From Camelus dromedarius (taxonomy: Eukaryota): DNA of 64,000 bases. The position numbers and the translations under genes are program-made. Positions 25,141 to 38,071 of this stretch are shown in pieces (positions within the stretch are counted from its first letter, which is position 1; every line of letters begins with the position of its first letter). The notes under the pieces were generated by a model. It ran no database searches. It was not told where the DNA came from and saw only the letters and a list, made by a program, of their open reading frames with translations. The stretch is from positions 8,308,001 through 8,372,000 of the forward strand of contig NC_087437.1 of NCBI RefSeq assembly GCF_036321535.1. The letters run 5' to 3'.

Positions 25141-25762
25141 AAATATAATCTTTGTTTAAACGCCTTTTTGTGGCCTTTTTGTGCAATTCATGCGATTGCG
25201 TACTTAATCCCTCACGTGCTTTTCTTAAGTCAGTGCACAGTTCCACCTCCCCTCTGAACTTCTGGATGGAAGGGTCTCCCTTTTGTGAGTCAGTAATCAG
25301 GAAAGGCCAGAGAGCAAAAGTAAGGAGACAGGAAGGGATTATTCTATGACACCGGCTGCTAAATGACAACTTAACTGTATGATTTTACCAATCTTTGTGG
25401 ATCAGAAAGAGGATGGGGTAGAGGGGAAGATCTAATGAAGAACAATGTTTTTGCAATTAAAATGTATTACCACTTCTGCCTACATGATATTTTGAATCTT
25501 GAATTTGCTGAGGATGTTACCCAATGTTGATAACAAACAGAAGAGAGAACCAGGAATGTAGAAAATGATTAAAATGTGGTCAAGATTTTAAGTGTCTCAT
25601 AGGAAATCATTTCTATTTTATTTTGTGAGAAAACAGAAACATTGTCTTAAATAAAATAATTTAAACCTTTCAAACAGTTGTGAATAGATATTAAATGTAT
25701 TGTGAAATTTCTGATTCATAAATTCTAAAATATTAAATATTAACCAATAAAAAGTTACTTTT

Positions 25763-26006
25763 TAAAACATTTAAAAAACATTTTTTTGTTGAAGTCTAGT
25801 TGATTTACAATGTTGTGTTAGTTTCAGGTGTACAGCAGAGTGATTCAGTGATACATATATTCTTTTTCATATTCTTTATAATTATAGGTTATTATAAGAA
25901 ACTGAACATAGTTCCCTGTGCTATACAGTAGGACCACGTTGTTTATCTATTTATATATAGCAGTTTTTATCTGCTAATCCCAAACTCCTAATTTATCCCT
26001 CCCCCC
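25763..26006 (-). mobile_element. 5'-truncated L1 3' end with TSD
   Basis: TSD aaaagttactttt at 25750-25762 and 26007-26019. Confidence 0.9.
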
Positions 26007-26291
26007 AAAAGTTACTTTTAAATCACTAAATCTAATGTTTTAAGAGAGGGATTGGTTTTAAAATCTGGAAACTTAATTTTTTTTTTTACTAATGAAAAGA
26101 TCACTGAAGGTTTCCCTCTGGAAGAGTTTCATAAAGAAGAGGATGGGACAAATATCTATAACTTTTAATATTCTCATATTTAAAAAGGTTATTAGTATTT
26201 TAATAAAATCAATGCATTGCTTTGTATTATAATAAATGGAATACTTTAAAACAAGTTTCTATTTTTGTGTCATCTTTTCAAAGGATTTTTT

Positions 26292-26418
26292 GGTTTTGTT
26301 TTGGGGGGAGGTAATTAGGTTTATTTATTTGTTTTTTTTAATGGAGGTGCTGGGGATTGAACCCAGGACCTCATGCATGCTAGGCAGGCACTCTACCACT
26401 GAGCTATACCCTCCCCAC
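26292..26418 (-). mobile_element. tRNA-derived SINE
   Basis: TSD ttcaaaggatttttt at 26277-26291 and 26419-26433. Confidence 0.93.
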
Positions 26419-27444
26419 TTCAAAGGATTTTTTGTTCTGTTTGTTTATATTAAACTTTTAATGTTTCTTGTTTTGAATCAATTTCAAATTTCCAGAAAAA
26501 CTGCAAAAGTAGTGCAAAGATCCATAGGGTCCTGTATACCCTTCAGCCAGATTTTCTAATTGCTAACATTGTCCATATTCACATTTCTTACTCTCTCCCC
26601 ACACACACACAAATAGGCACACACACAGATACACTGACTGCAGGTTTTGTTTTTTCCTGAACTGCTTGAACACAAGTTGCGTACACGATGCCTGTACTCC
26701 TTAATATTTAGAGTGTACTTACAATGCAAAAATCAAAATTATGAAATCGACATTCATCTGAGATTACCATTGAATCCACCATTTCCACTCCAAGTTTACC
26801 TTTTTTCTCCAAAATTTCCTGTATGAGTTCAAGATGCTACCCAGGATGGTGTGTTGCCATTCAGTGGTCACTGCAATGTGGAACAGTTCCTAAATCTCTA
26901 TCTTTCTTGACCTGGACATTTTTGAAGAATAAATGCCACCTATGTTGTAGAATCTCTTTTCATTTGGAGTTGCCTGATGCTTCCTCATGATTTACACATT
27001 TTGGGCAAGAACTGTCCCATCTTTTAAATCCACTTTTGTGTATGTTACATAAGATAGATGATTTGTCAGAAGTGTAGCACCTGTGTATAAGTTATAATCA
27101 AATAAAAGGAGTTGTGTGCTTAAACACCCTTTTTTTTTTTTTTTAAACTGATGGTGATACACGGAGATAAAGACTTGGAGGCCACTGTACTAAGTGGTGA
27201 GGGAGGCTAACCAGCCACAGTCTAGGAGCTGGAGCCTGGAAAGAAGAGAACAGGCATTTCAGCTGGAGAATTGTTATGGGAGCCCAGGAGCACTGAGCTG
27301 CTGGGTTTTCCTGGTTCTGGGTAAGTATACAATTTAAGCCTCACATCATTGTGTGATCAGACACTTTCTTCTAATTTAAAGACTTGGCTTAGCATTTTGT
27401 GATACAGAAATTCAAAAGCCTATGTTTTCAATTTATTTAGTTAC

Positions 27445-27567
27445 TTTTGTTTTGTTTTGTTTTTGGGGGGCGGGAGGTAATTAGGTTTATTTATTTATTC
27501 ACTTATTTTAATGGCGTTACTGAGGACTGAACCCAGGACCTCTACCACTGAGCTATACCCCCCCCCC
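27445..27567 (-). mobile_element. tRNA-derived SINE with internal deletion
   Basis: gaacccaggacc|tctaccactgagctataccc lacks the ~20-nt tcatgcatgctaggcaggcac segment present in sister copies. Confidence 0.88.
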
Positions 27568-27794
27568 TTTACACACTTGATTTTAATGGCTATTGGGGTT
27601 GGAAAAGCTCTTTCAACTACACATTAACCCAAATGGAAAAAGTCTAGCTTTGACTCTGCCTTCCAAATGGTAATTGCCATTGTTTAAAGTTAATTCAAAA
27701 TTACATCAACGTTATCGTTAAAAAACAACCAGGAAATTTTTATCTAGTGAAGGCTTATAAATTTAAAAGTTTTAACAAGTAGTTTTTTCTCCTT

Positions 27795-28365
27795 TTTTAT
27801 AAACACTGAAGCATAGTTGCTGTATGGTAGTATATGTTACAGGTGTACAGTATAGTGATTCACAATTTTTAAAGGTTATACTCCATTTATAGTAAAACAT
27901 TGGCTACATTCCCTGTGTTGTACGATATATCCTTGTAGCTTATTTTATACCTAGTAGTTTGTATCTTTTAATCCCCTACCCCTATATTGCCCCTCCCTCC
28001 TTTTTTCTCCTCACTGGTAACCACTAGTTTTTTTCTCTACATCTGTGAGTCTGCTTCTTTTCTGTGTTACTCACTAGTTTGCTGTATTTTTTTTAGATTC
28101 TAAATACAAGTGATATCATGCAGTATTTGTCTTTCTCTGTCCAACCTATTTCACTTAGCATCATACCCTCCAAACCCATCCATGTTGCTAAAAATGGCAA
28201 AATTTTGTTCTTTTTTATAGCTGAGTAATATTCCATCATATATATACACATCACATCTTCTTTATCCATTCATCTGTTGATGGACACTTAGGTTGCTTTC
28301 ATACCTTGGCATTATAAATAATGCTGTCATGAACATTGGGGTGCATATATTTTTGTGAATTAGTT
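27795..28365 (-). mobile_element. L1 3' end fragment
   Basis: Reverse L1 motifs (ccatccatgttgct..aaatggca, ctttatccattcatctgttgatggacac). Confidence 0.9.
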
Positions 28366-28789
28366 TAACATCTACGTTTAACATGCACTGAAGCTACTGA
28401 AAAAATTTTGTAAGTTAAAACAGTTTTCCAGATTTCTTAAGGGCACATGTATTAGAGGTTTTACAGGCTGCATAATTTTTAGAAATAACAGCATATAACA
28501 ATGAAAACACTTCCAAACTTCTGTTTTCCACAGCATAAATGGCTTTCAAAAAGTAGCTGTTTTCTTATTTATTGTTAGAGTGAATTTTTTTGTGGTGTGT
28601 CACATTCTTGTGTTCTCTGTCATCACTATAGCAAAGATGGGCACAATTTGGCTCACTCGATTTCTTTGCAAGAGAGAAATGAAGAACTCATCTTTAAGCT
28701 GGCCAGTTCTTTCAAGGACTTCACCACAGTCTCTCCTGCAACCTTCTACATGGTTGCTTTAGTGGACAGCGAGGTGCACTCTCAGCCCT

Positions 28790-29143
28790 TCACGCCATGT
28801 TGGTGGCCGACAGGTCATTCTCTAGGTACTGCATTCAGTGGAAGAAAGGCACCTCCCCCAAAGTGACATCCCCTCCCAGGGGCAGCTCTCATTCAATAAC
28901 TGATCAGTGCTGGGTTAAGTCCTGGCTAGCTTGCTGCAACATGGGACATCGAAGGGCCATCCCAGCTCCAGAGCTGCTCAGGGGACTGGTTGAGGATGCT
29001 GTCCTAACTGCATCACGGTTCAGTTTCACCCTCTGCCTAATCCTGCCTCTTGCACTTCCCCGGAGTTAATCCTGAGGGCACTCTTTAAGCAAGTTTCTAT
29101 ATGTGACTCTCCTTAGAATCTGCTTCCGGAACCTGATCTAAGA
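28790..29143 (+). mobile_element. Old ERVL-type solo LTR (LTR16/LTR33-like)
   Basis: Ends gaatctgcttccggaacctgatctaaga, typical of this LTR class. Confidence 0.55.
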
Positions 29144-31289
29144 AAGTTACCCTCCATAAAGGAGTGCAGAGAGTCCCTTACATTTTGTAAATCCAACTGC
29201 ACCTGCCATGTCCTGCCGCACGTGGCTCTCTTTCGGAGTCACCATCTTTGCTGCCGAGAGCTTGCCTGTGAATGGCAGCAGGGATGCACTTCAGGTGGGA
29301 CACTGTATCTGTACCATTGCTTGGGAACTTAAAAAATTCCAACTCAGATCATTGACTGCAACTTCCCACATACAATTTTTCTAACAGGAGTTATTTATAA
29401 CTGAGAGAAAATTGCATTTGGCCCTTCATTTTAGCAGCCCACCAAAAAATGTAGTTCTTTATGTATTTTATTATTGGAAACAATCCAGAAAATACCGCAA
29501 GCTGAAATGTGTTAGAAACATCAGTGCTTCATCCAAATATATAGCAAAAATTCGACACAACGTAATCCATTCCAACATTGGTTTCTTTACTCTTCTATAA
29601 TACTTTCCATCCATCATCAAAAAGTATTTGCTGACAAAGATATACATTTTAGGTTTCACCATATGCTTTTGGGGTGGTATTATTTCAGCCACTTTAACTG
29701 TGACAGAAAGAACAAGTGTTTCCCCAGTCAATGTGGCCGTGCTTCTTACCTTTGATGTAAAATGAGAAACCTCAAAAGAAGCTTCTAAATATTTATTACC
29801 GCATTTCATGACACTGTAAAATTCTGCATGACTTTATAAATCCCTGAAAAATTGTCATGGCTTTGTCTACAGTTTTGAGATGCTCAGTTTTAACTTATCC
29901 TGCTGATCTAGGTGGCATTGTGTTACCATGCACCATATCTGTTTCTGGCAATATGGCAAACTAGATTACCCAGGAAGATTTCTGCTGTAGAACACTCACA
30001 CATGTTAGAAAATATAAAAAGATATCATTTTAAAATGTGTAACCAAGCCAGGAAGCATGTAAGGGAATTCCCAGTGGGCTAAAAATGAAGTACAAACTGA
30101 GAACCAAAGCTGAAACACACTGGATGGTTTGACAGCCTGGGAACGGGATCAGGGGAGGGGGCAGGATCCTAGTCTCAGTGGCATAGAGGTTTACCTCTTA
30201 GGGCTACACAGGAATAGAAGATAATGTGTTGGGATTCCATGAGTTTAAAGATTGTACTTGGAACCCCCTGCAGAAAGCAAGAGCCTTTGAAGATTCACAC
30301 TAGAAAAACAACCTATTGGTGCAGAATAGTGTCTGAAGGACATTTGCAGGTCTTCATGTACATTTTAGATAGAAAAGGTCTTTCCTGAAATTCCTAATTA
30401 TATCCTTTTCCTCACCCAGAGGTGGGATTGAAATCTTTCTATCTGTATGGTTCTGGAAACTCCAAGCCAATGAATTAACATAAAAGTGGTCTGAGCCTGT
30501 GAAAACCCTGGGCTTTTGGCAAAATAAATGTAAAACCCCTCAGAGGAACACCCTCCATCTGCATAGTATGAGGTTCCCACCAAGAAGAGTCCCAAAGAGC
30601 ATGAAAGAGTTCACAATCCAAAATTACAAAGCCTGGAAGAAGACACTGCACCACCATCGAGAGTCAGCAGACACAACAAGCAGCAATAATATATCATCAA
30701 GATATATTCAGATAAGAGAACTACTCAAGAGTAAGGATTAAATAAGGATGCTTAAAACAGTGAGAGTCACAGATGACTCCTAGAGCAGTAGGAAGGATGG
30801 TAATGAGACTTACTGAGGTGGGAAAGACTAAAGGAGGAAGAGAGCTTTTCTTGGTAGGGATGGGGGTAGAAATCTGGAGTTTTGAGTTTTTACATCATAG
30901 TTTTGGACTGTCTATTAGCTATTGAAGAAACAAGATCTTAACAGGCAGCTGGATCGATCTATCTATTTATCTATCTATCCATCCATCCACCCACTCCCTT
31001 ACCCACCAGCCGTCTCTGTCTCTATCTATCTGTGTATATATAGCCAGACTTCCTAGTATGGAAATTAGATATATGATTGGCATCTGCTGACTTCTCCCAT
31101 TACATTTCCCTCCAATTCCCTGCAGGCATTGGGTCCTCTTTTGGCCCTTTGAATGCTAATGAATCTCACATGTTGTTACATATAGAACTACCTGGGGGAG
31201 TGTTAAAAAAATCCTGATGCCCGGGTTGCATCCCATACATATTATATCAGCATTTCAGGGTGGAGCCAGGCATCAGTGCTTTAAAAAAA

Positions 31290-32491
31290 ATTTTCCCAGT
31301 TATATTGAAAAATGCTTGACATACACCACTGAATAGGTTTAAGGTGTACAGCACAAAGGTTTGATTTACAGATGTTGTAAAATGATTATTACCATACATT
31401 CAGCTAACGTCCATCATCTTGTGTAGGTACAATACGAAGAAAAGAAAGAAGAAAAGAGAAAGGAAGAAAAAACGTTTCTACTTCTGGTGAGGTGTCTTAG
31501 GATTTTATTCCCCCAAAATTTCCTATATATCATACAGCAGCATTAACTATCCTTACCATGTTGTACATTACATCCTAGGACTTACTCTCTTATAACAGGA
31601 AATTTGTATCTTTTGGACCACTTTCCTCCAATTCCCTCTCCCTCCAGCCTCTGCCTCAGGTAACCACATGTCTGATCTTTTTTTCCTTTGAGTTTGTTTT
31701 TGTTTTTGTTTTTAGATTCCACATATGAGTGAGATCATACAGTATTTGCCTGACTTGTTTCACTTAACATAATGCCTTCAAGTTTCATCTGTGTTGTCAC
31801 AAAATGGCAGGATCTCCTCCTTCTTTTTTATGGTTGAATAACATCCCATTACACACACACACATACACACACACACACACACACACATCTTTATCGATTC
31901 ATCCATCAATGGACACTTAGGTTGCTTCTGTGTTTTAGCTATTGCAAATAATGCTGCTATGAGTATGAGGGTACAGATATTCTTCTGAGTTAGTTTTCAT
32001 TTCCTTTGGCTATATTCCCAGAAGTGGAATTGCCAGATCATATGGTAATTTTGTTTTTAATTTTTTGAGGAACCTCCGTACTGTTTTCCATAGTTACTGT
32101 ACCAATTTACATTCCCACCAGCTGTGCACAAGGGTTCCCCATTCTGCACGTCCACCCCAGCATTTGTTATTTCTTGTCTTTTTGATGACGGCTATTCTAC
32201 TAGGAGTGAGGAGTGATACTCATTGTGGTTTTAATTTGCATTTCCCCAATAACGAGTGATGTTGAACATCTTTGTAATACCTGTTGGCCTTTCATATAGA
32301 AAAATGTCTAGGTGGTTTGCCCATTTTTAACTGAGTTATTTGGGTTTTTTTAAACTACTGAATTGTATAAGTTCTTTATATATTTTGGATATTAGCCCTT
32401 TATCAGATATATCTGAGATATACCATATATATCATATAAACCATATTGTTTGCAAATACTTTTTCCCATTCCATAGGTTGTCTTGTCATTT
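31290..32491 (-). mobile_element. L1 3' portion inserted into a MER5A element
   Basis: Reverse L1 ORF2-end/3' UTR; flanked by caggcatcagt at 31267-31277 and 32492-32502. Confidence 0.9.
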
Positions 32492-32510
32492 CAGGCATCA
32501 GTAATTTTTA

Positions 32511-32837
32511 ACATTTTTTTTTTTAATTGAAGTATAGTCAGTTACAGTGTGTCAGTTTCTGGTGTACAGCACAATGTCCCAGTCATGCATATGCATACAT
32601 ATATATTCATTTTCATATTCCTTTTATTAAAGGTTATTACAAGATATTGAATATAGTTCCCTGTGCTATACAGAAGAGATTTGGTTTTTATCAATTTTTA
32701 TATAGTGATTAACTTTAGCAAATCTCAAACTCCCAAATTTATCCCTTCCCACCCTCTTTCCCCCAGTAACCATAAGAATTTTTACTATGTCTGAGAGTCT
32801 GTTTCTGTTTTGTAGATGAGTTCATTAGTGTCCTCTT
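32511..32837 (-). mobile_element. Second L1 3' end at the same target site
   Basis: TSD agg(c/t)atcagtaattttta at 32493-32510 and 32838-32855. Confidence 0.9.
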
Positions 32838-33937
32838 AGGTATCAGTAATTTTTAAAAGTCTCCAGGGGATTCCAATGTGCAGCAAGGTTCAGAAACAGA
32901 CTGCTCTGACCCCTGGGCGGCTCAGAGTGTGGCTCTCCATCCAGCAATGCGGTCCTTCCCGGTAGCATCGACTTCACCTGAGAGCTTGTTAGAAATGCAG
33001 GATCTCAGGCGACACCCCACCTGCCTGAATCAGATCCTGCATTTTAGCCAGCTCTTCCAGGATTTACGTCCACATTAATGTCTGAGAAGCACAGTGTCTG
33101 TCTCTTGTTTTTATCCCCCTCCTGGAAGCCTTGCCCCTCCTTCCTTGTACATCCTCTGGCTAGTCTTCTGGGGATGGCCTTACTGTGATTGTTGGCTCAG
33201 ACAGCAGTCTCCTAGATTTTGAACCCATGGCGGCAGGGACGGCTTTACCGACAGTAGGTGCTCAGTCGGCGTGTGTTGAATTGAGTGGCTAAGGCAGAAA
33301 TTGGTCCGGTGGGACTCACAGGTGTAGATGGCAAAGCCCTGGGTCTGTCAGATCCAACCCCCTGGAGAAACGGGTCTAACAGGCAGCAGGCTCTGATGTG
33401 ATGAGCTATGACCCAAAGGCTGCACTGGGCTATTGATTCTTTCATATCTTCCTTGCTGTGGGGGAGGAGACTATGGCTTGCAGGTGCGTGCTCCTAGCCA
33501 GGGGGGAAGCCTGAATTCTTTTGGCGTAACTCCTCACAGGTGTGGCAGAGAATAAGGGGTTCGGCTAGCTTGAATTTCTCCTAAGATTTTATTAGAATTG
33601 TTTCCTACGATAATTTTTTTTCCTAATTATGAGACGGGTACAAAAAGAGGCACAGTTGGAGGAAGGTGGTCAAAAGGCACAATCTTCCGGTTATAGATAA
33701 ATGAGTGCTAGGATGTCAGGTACAACATGATGACCATGGTTAACACTGCTCTGTAATACACAGCTGACTCCCGACCAACGCAGGGGTTGGGGCGCCTACC
33801 CCCGACACCGTGGAAAATCCAAGTGTAACTTTTGACTCCCTAAAAACTTAACTACTAATAGCCTCTTATTCACCAGGAACCTTACCAATACATAGTTGAT
33901 TAACACATATTTTGTATACATATTATTTGCTGTATTA

Positions 33938-34358
33938 TGTTGGGCCCTACTCCACAAGACCACAAGGCCTGAACTCGCCCAGTTCTAAGACCAAAGGAAG
34001 AGCCGGGAGCAGTGACAGAGCCATCAATGAGTTAATAGATGGGGGAGCTTACTTGTCTGAAGGAAGGTCCTGGGGCGACTCCCCCAACGTGCGGTGGACC
34101 GCGGGCAGCGGCTGCAGTCTGTGCTCCTGGGCCAGGGGAGCGGGGAGGTTAGCAGTTATAAGGGGAACTGACATCAGGTTGGCTCCTCGGTTACCAGGGA
34201 AACCAGCAGGAGGGCACGCCCCTTACCACCCCCTGTAAGAACAATCACCAGCTGGGGCCTGGGGCCCCATCACCTGAGCAGGTGTATGACGCAGACACCT
34301 ATTGAGCAGGGGACAAACAGAGCAAGGGGACAGCCATCGTGAGTGACCTGACCGTACA
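33938..34358. mobile_element. Solo LTR inside the Tigger2 element
   Basis: TGT...ACA termini; flanks tatta/tctta; Tigger sequence resumes afterwards. Confidence 0.75.
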
Positions 34359-34945
34359 TCTTACAATTAAATAAGCTAGAGAAGAAAAAACGTTATTAAG
34401 AAAATCATAAGGAAAATACATGTACATTATGGTATTTATCAATCCCATTAAGTTGGTGTCTGTTTACCTGCCGGTACCCACACCAATATTGTCTTACATG
34501 GAGCAAAGCACTGTAGATGTTATTACTAACACTAGACATCAAACATGAAAAGCTAAAGTGAAAAAGAAATTCGTATTTATTTACAAGTATAAAAATTCAT
34601 GCATTGATACTGAAACAGCAGCAATATGATTGCTCTATGGTAGCCTAGCTCATACACTAATGGAGGAATTATTATAAAATTTTTATGACACACAGTATTA
34701 CAGTCACATTCACAATATAGTATTGGGAACATTGTTACATTAAAGAAAAAACAAAACACTTACCTGTGATGACAGGCTGATAACGCAGTCTCTCCGGTTA
34801 CAAGAGAGAGAGACACCCTGTGTAGTCACGTAATTCCCTGAAAGGGAAGTTATAAAACAGTAAGAACACATTATTAATTCCATATTAAATACCACTCTCA
34901 TGCCTACGTCAGGGTAGGTTATTCAGTTCAAGGATAGGCTATTCA

Positions 34946-35123
34946 AGACTACACTGTATAGCACAGGGAAATATACACAAAATGTTATGATAACTCACAG
35001 AGAAAAAAATGTGACAATGAGTGTGTATATGTCCATGAATAACTGAAAAATTGTGCTGAACACTGGAATTTGACACAACATTGTAAAATGATTATAAATC
35101 AATAAAAAATGTTAAAAAAAAAA
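34946..35123 (+). mobile_element. Short L1 3' end inside the Tigger2 element
   Basis: TSD gataggctattca at 34933-34945 and 35124-35136. Confidence 0.9.
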
Positions 35124-36129
35124 GATAGGCTATTCAGTCTTGCCTATGACGGTCTACAAGTATATTTTCATATGTTTATTGAAAAATATCTGCTTGTAAG
35201 TGGACCCACACAGTTCAAGGCCACGTTGTTCAGGGGTCAACTGCACAGGAAACCTAGATTGTATTCTCATCACAAGGGGAAAAAAACCCTTTTCTGTCTT
35301 TTTTTTTGCTTTTCCTGGGTGGACCCAATATGGACGCTAACTGAACATATTGTGGTGATGATTTCACCATATGTGTGGGTCAAACCTTTATGCTGCACAC
35401 CTTAAACCTATACAGTGATGTATATCAATCAAACTGGAAAAAAAAAGAAAAGCACATAGAAAAAATGAATTACTTGTTATCCTGTCACTCAGAAAAAAGA
35501 AATCCACCTATTTGGCTTATATTTTCTAGCATTTTTGTGGAGACAATACTACCACACAGTATCTTAGGAGACCCCCAGCGTCTGCCCACCTCGTCCCTCT
35601 CTGACTTTGCTGGTTTTTCCCCCAACGTGAGCCCCACCCTCCCACTGCTGATGCTTGTGCAGGCAGCCACACCACCTTCAGGTCTTTTTTCAGGCTCTTT
35701 CCCAAGCGGGCCATCCCCTTCTAGTCTTTGCTCAAATCTCACATTCTCAAAATAGCCTAGCTCGACAACTGTGTTTCAATCCTAAACCCACCCCCATATT
35801 TCCTCAAACCCACGACTTCCAGGCCTCCTTAGTGTGCTCCACTCTGCTTTTCTTAACAGAATTTGGGATTTTCTAACATGCTGGAGAACGTACTTATTTA
35901 ATTCCATCACTGTTTATTACCTGGCTTGCTCCCCCCCACCCCCACCCCCTTCTAGAATGTAGCTCTTCAAGGGCAAAGGATTTTTGCGAGTATAGCAGTG
36001 ATCAGCAGAGTAGGTGGTCAATAAAAATGTGTTGAAGGAATGAGTGAGTGTATAACTGTCACCAAAATTGCCACATACTGTAACATGCTCTTTTGTAGAC
36101 TTAGTGATAAACTGCTGTTGTTTTTAACT

Positions 36130-36550
36130 TGTTACTGAATGCAAGGTCGCGTGCCCGACATACAGTGAGGCCAAACTGAAATGTGAGAGTTTGGAGCAGA
36201 GAAAGGCTCACTGCAGGGCTGAGCAAGGAAGATGGGGGTGGTGCATGTGCTCAAGACCCCTGACGGCCCTGAAAGGGTTTCAGCTGAGACTTTTTAAAGA
36301 CCAGATGAGGGAGGGGCATGCCCAGGTCTGTGATCAGCTGTGCACAATTCTCGGGACTGGTTGCTCAATCCTTAGGTTCCAGAAGGCTCATGATCATCAA
36401 GTAGTTGATTTCTTCCATTTGGTGGTGGTTTTAGCATCTGAGAAACTCAGGAAATATTCATGAGATACTATTATCTGGGTGTTTCCAAGAGGAGCTACAG
36501 CGGAGGACATGGGGAAGGGATCTGTCCTGGGAACGCCTCATAGGGGTACA
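36130..36550 (-). mobile_element. Solo LTR, family A (ERV1-like, 4-bp TSD)
   Basis: TGT...ACA termini, perfect TSD aact; reverse-complement similarity to 36979-38071. Confidence 0.88.
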
Positions 36551-36978
36551 AACTTAGCCATAAACTGCAACCATCTCATCCCATTAATAAACATTATTTG
36601 ACATGGCTATATCCCTGAAAGTTTTCATGATTTATTGCAAAGAGTTTCTGCAAACATTATTAAACACAAACATCAGTAAAGATTGGAAGCAAGACTAGGG
36701 AAGAGCTGACCTCACCCCATTCATTACCTTTATTCATATATATTTGCTGAATAAATGAATCTATATTTATTGCAGACATATAATATTTCAACAAACATTA
36801 TATCTTTATATATTTCATATAATGGGATACACCTATTCATAATTATATATATTCATATATATCATGAAAAAATGGTGGTGGAGAAGCTGAGGGAATAAAA
36901 ATTCAAATTATATATTGAAATAATATTCTTGAAGGCAGAAGCCATATGTGACTTAACTTTTTTTCTCCCCAGTCATTG

Positions 36979-38071
36979 TGTAGCCAAGCAGGACCCTGTG
37001 GGGCTTTCTGGGGTCAGACCCCTCCCCCATGTCCTCTACTGTAGCTCCTCTCTGAAGGACCCAGATAATAATGTTAGAGCAGGCAAACAGCTAGATATGA
37101 GCAGAGAAAGAGGGTCGCAGGCCAAATGCAGGAAACCACACATCATGTGAGAACCAGGGGTCCCTGGGCAGAGAAAGAAAAGCAGGAAGCTCTGGGTTGA
37201 TAAGTGGTCACACCTTTTGGGGTGATGGGCAGCTCAGGCCGACAAAGAAAGGTAGGAAAAAGCAGGAATCTCCAGGGTCTGAATGTAATCTTTTGCTCAT
37301 TGTGCCCTCATTACAATAAAATTAGCCTTGCAGATGAGAAGTACCCATCATGCACCGAGGCCATGACAATGATGATCCGGAATACATAAGGACAAAAATC
37401 CCTCCTCCCTTTGGAAAGGTGGAGCTAGGATGAAAATCAGGGAATATGACCCCAAACCCTTCCCTCCCCAACGAATATTTTGCCCATTTTTATACTCTGT
37501 GTAACTAACTTGGCCAAAGAAACTCAGGGCAGCTGCTCACCTGAGCCTGCCCGCTCTCCCCTTGAGAGTGGCCTATCCATTACTTAATAAAGCCCCACTT
37601 TACTTTCTTAACCTCTGCATCTTGTCTCTGAATTCTTTTTGGGACGGGACAAGGACTGATCACTAGTTACATCTACCAGCAACAATAGTATCTCATGTAT
37701 ATTTCCTGAGTTTTTCAGATGCTTAAAACCACCACCAAAGGGAAGAAATGAACAACTTGGTGATCGAGAGCAGGTGGCCCCAGACCCACTGGTGCCTAGG
37801 GGTTGATAGTGTTGGCCGCCCTGTTGCCTCTGTATCAACCCATCAGGAAATTGTGCACGAGCTGATCGTGTACCCTGTGACCACCCCAACCTCTGACCTG
37901 GCCTTTAAATATGCTTTGCTGAAACACTTCGAGGAGGTCGGGGTTCTCTTGGGCATGAGCCACACCGCCCTCCTTGCTTGGCCCTGCGTAAAACTTTCTC
38001 TGCTCCAAACTCATGTTTCAGTTTGTTTGGACTCATGGTGCATTGGGCACCCGAACTTGCCTTCGGTAACA
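36979..38071 (+). mobile_element. Solo LTR, family A, containing a nested family-B LTR
   Basis: TGTAGCC...GGTAACA termini; perfect TSD attg at 36975-36978 and 38072-38075. Confidence 0.9.
37072..37684 (+). mobile_element. Solo LTR, family B (nested)
   Basis: TGTT...CAACA termini, TSD ataa/atag, AATAAA at ~37586; highly similar to 38970-39624. Confidence 0.9.

Larger units (their letters stand above)
33761..35243. mobile_element. Tigger2-derived (TcMar) non-autonomous DNA transposon with nested inserts
   Basis: Terminal inverted repeats cagctgactcccgaccaac... / ...gttgttcaggggtcaactg; internal ttttgactccctaaaacttaactactaatagcct. It sits inside an older L1 3' end (~33640-35450). Confidence 0.85.
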
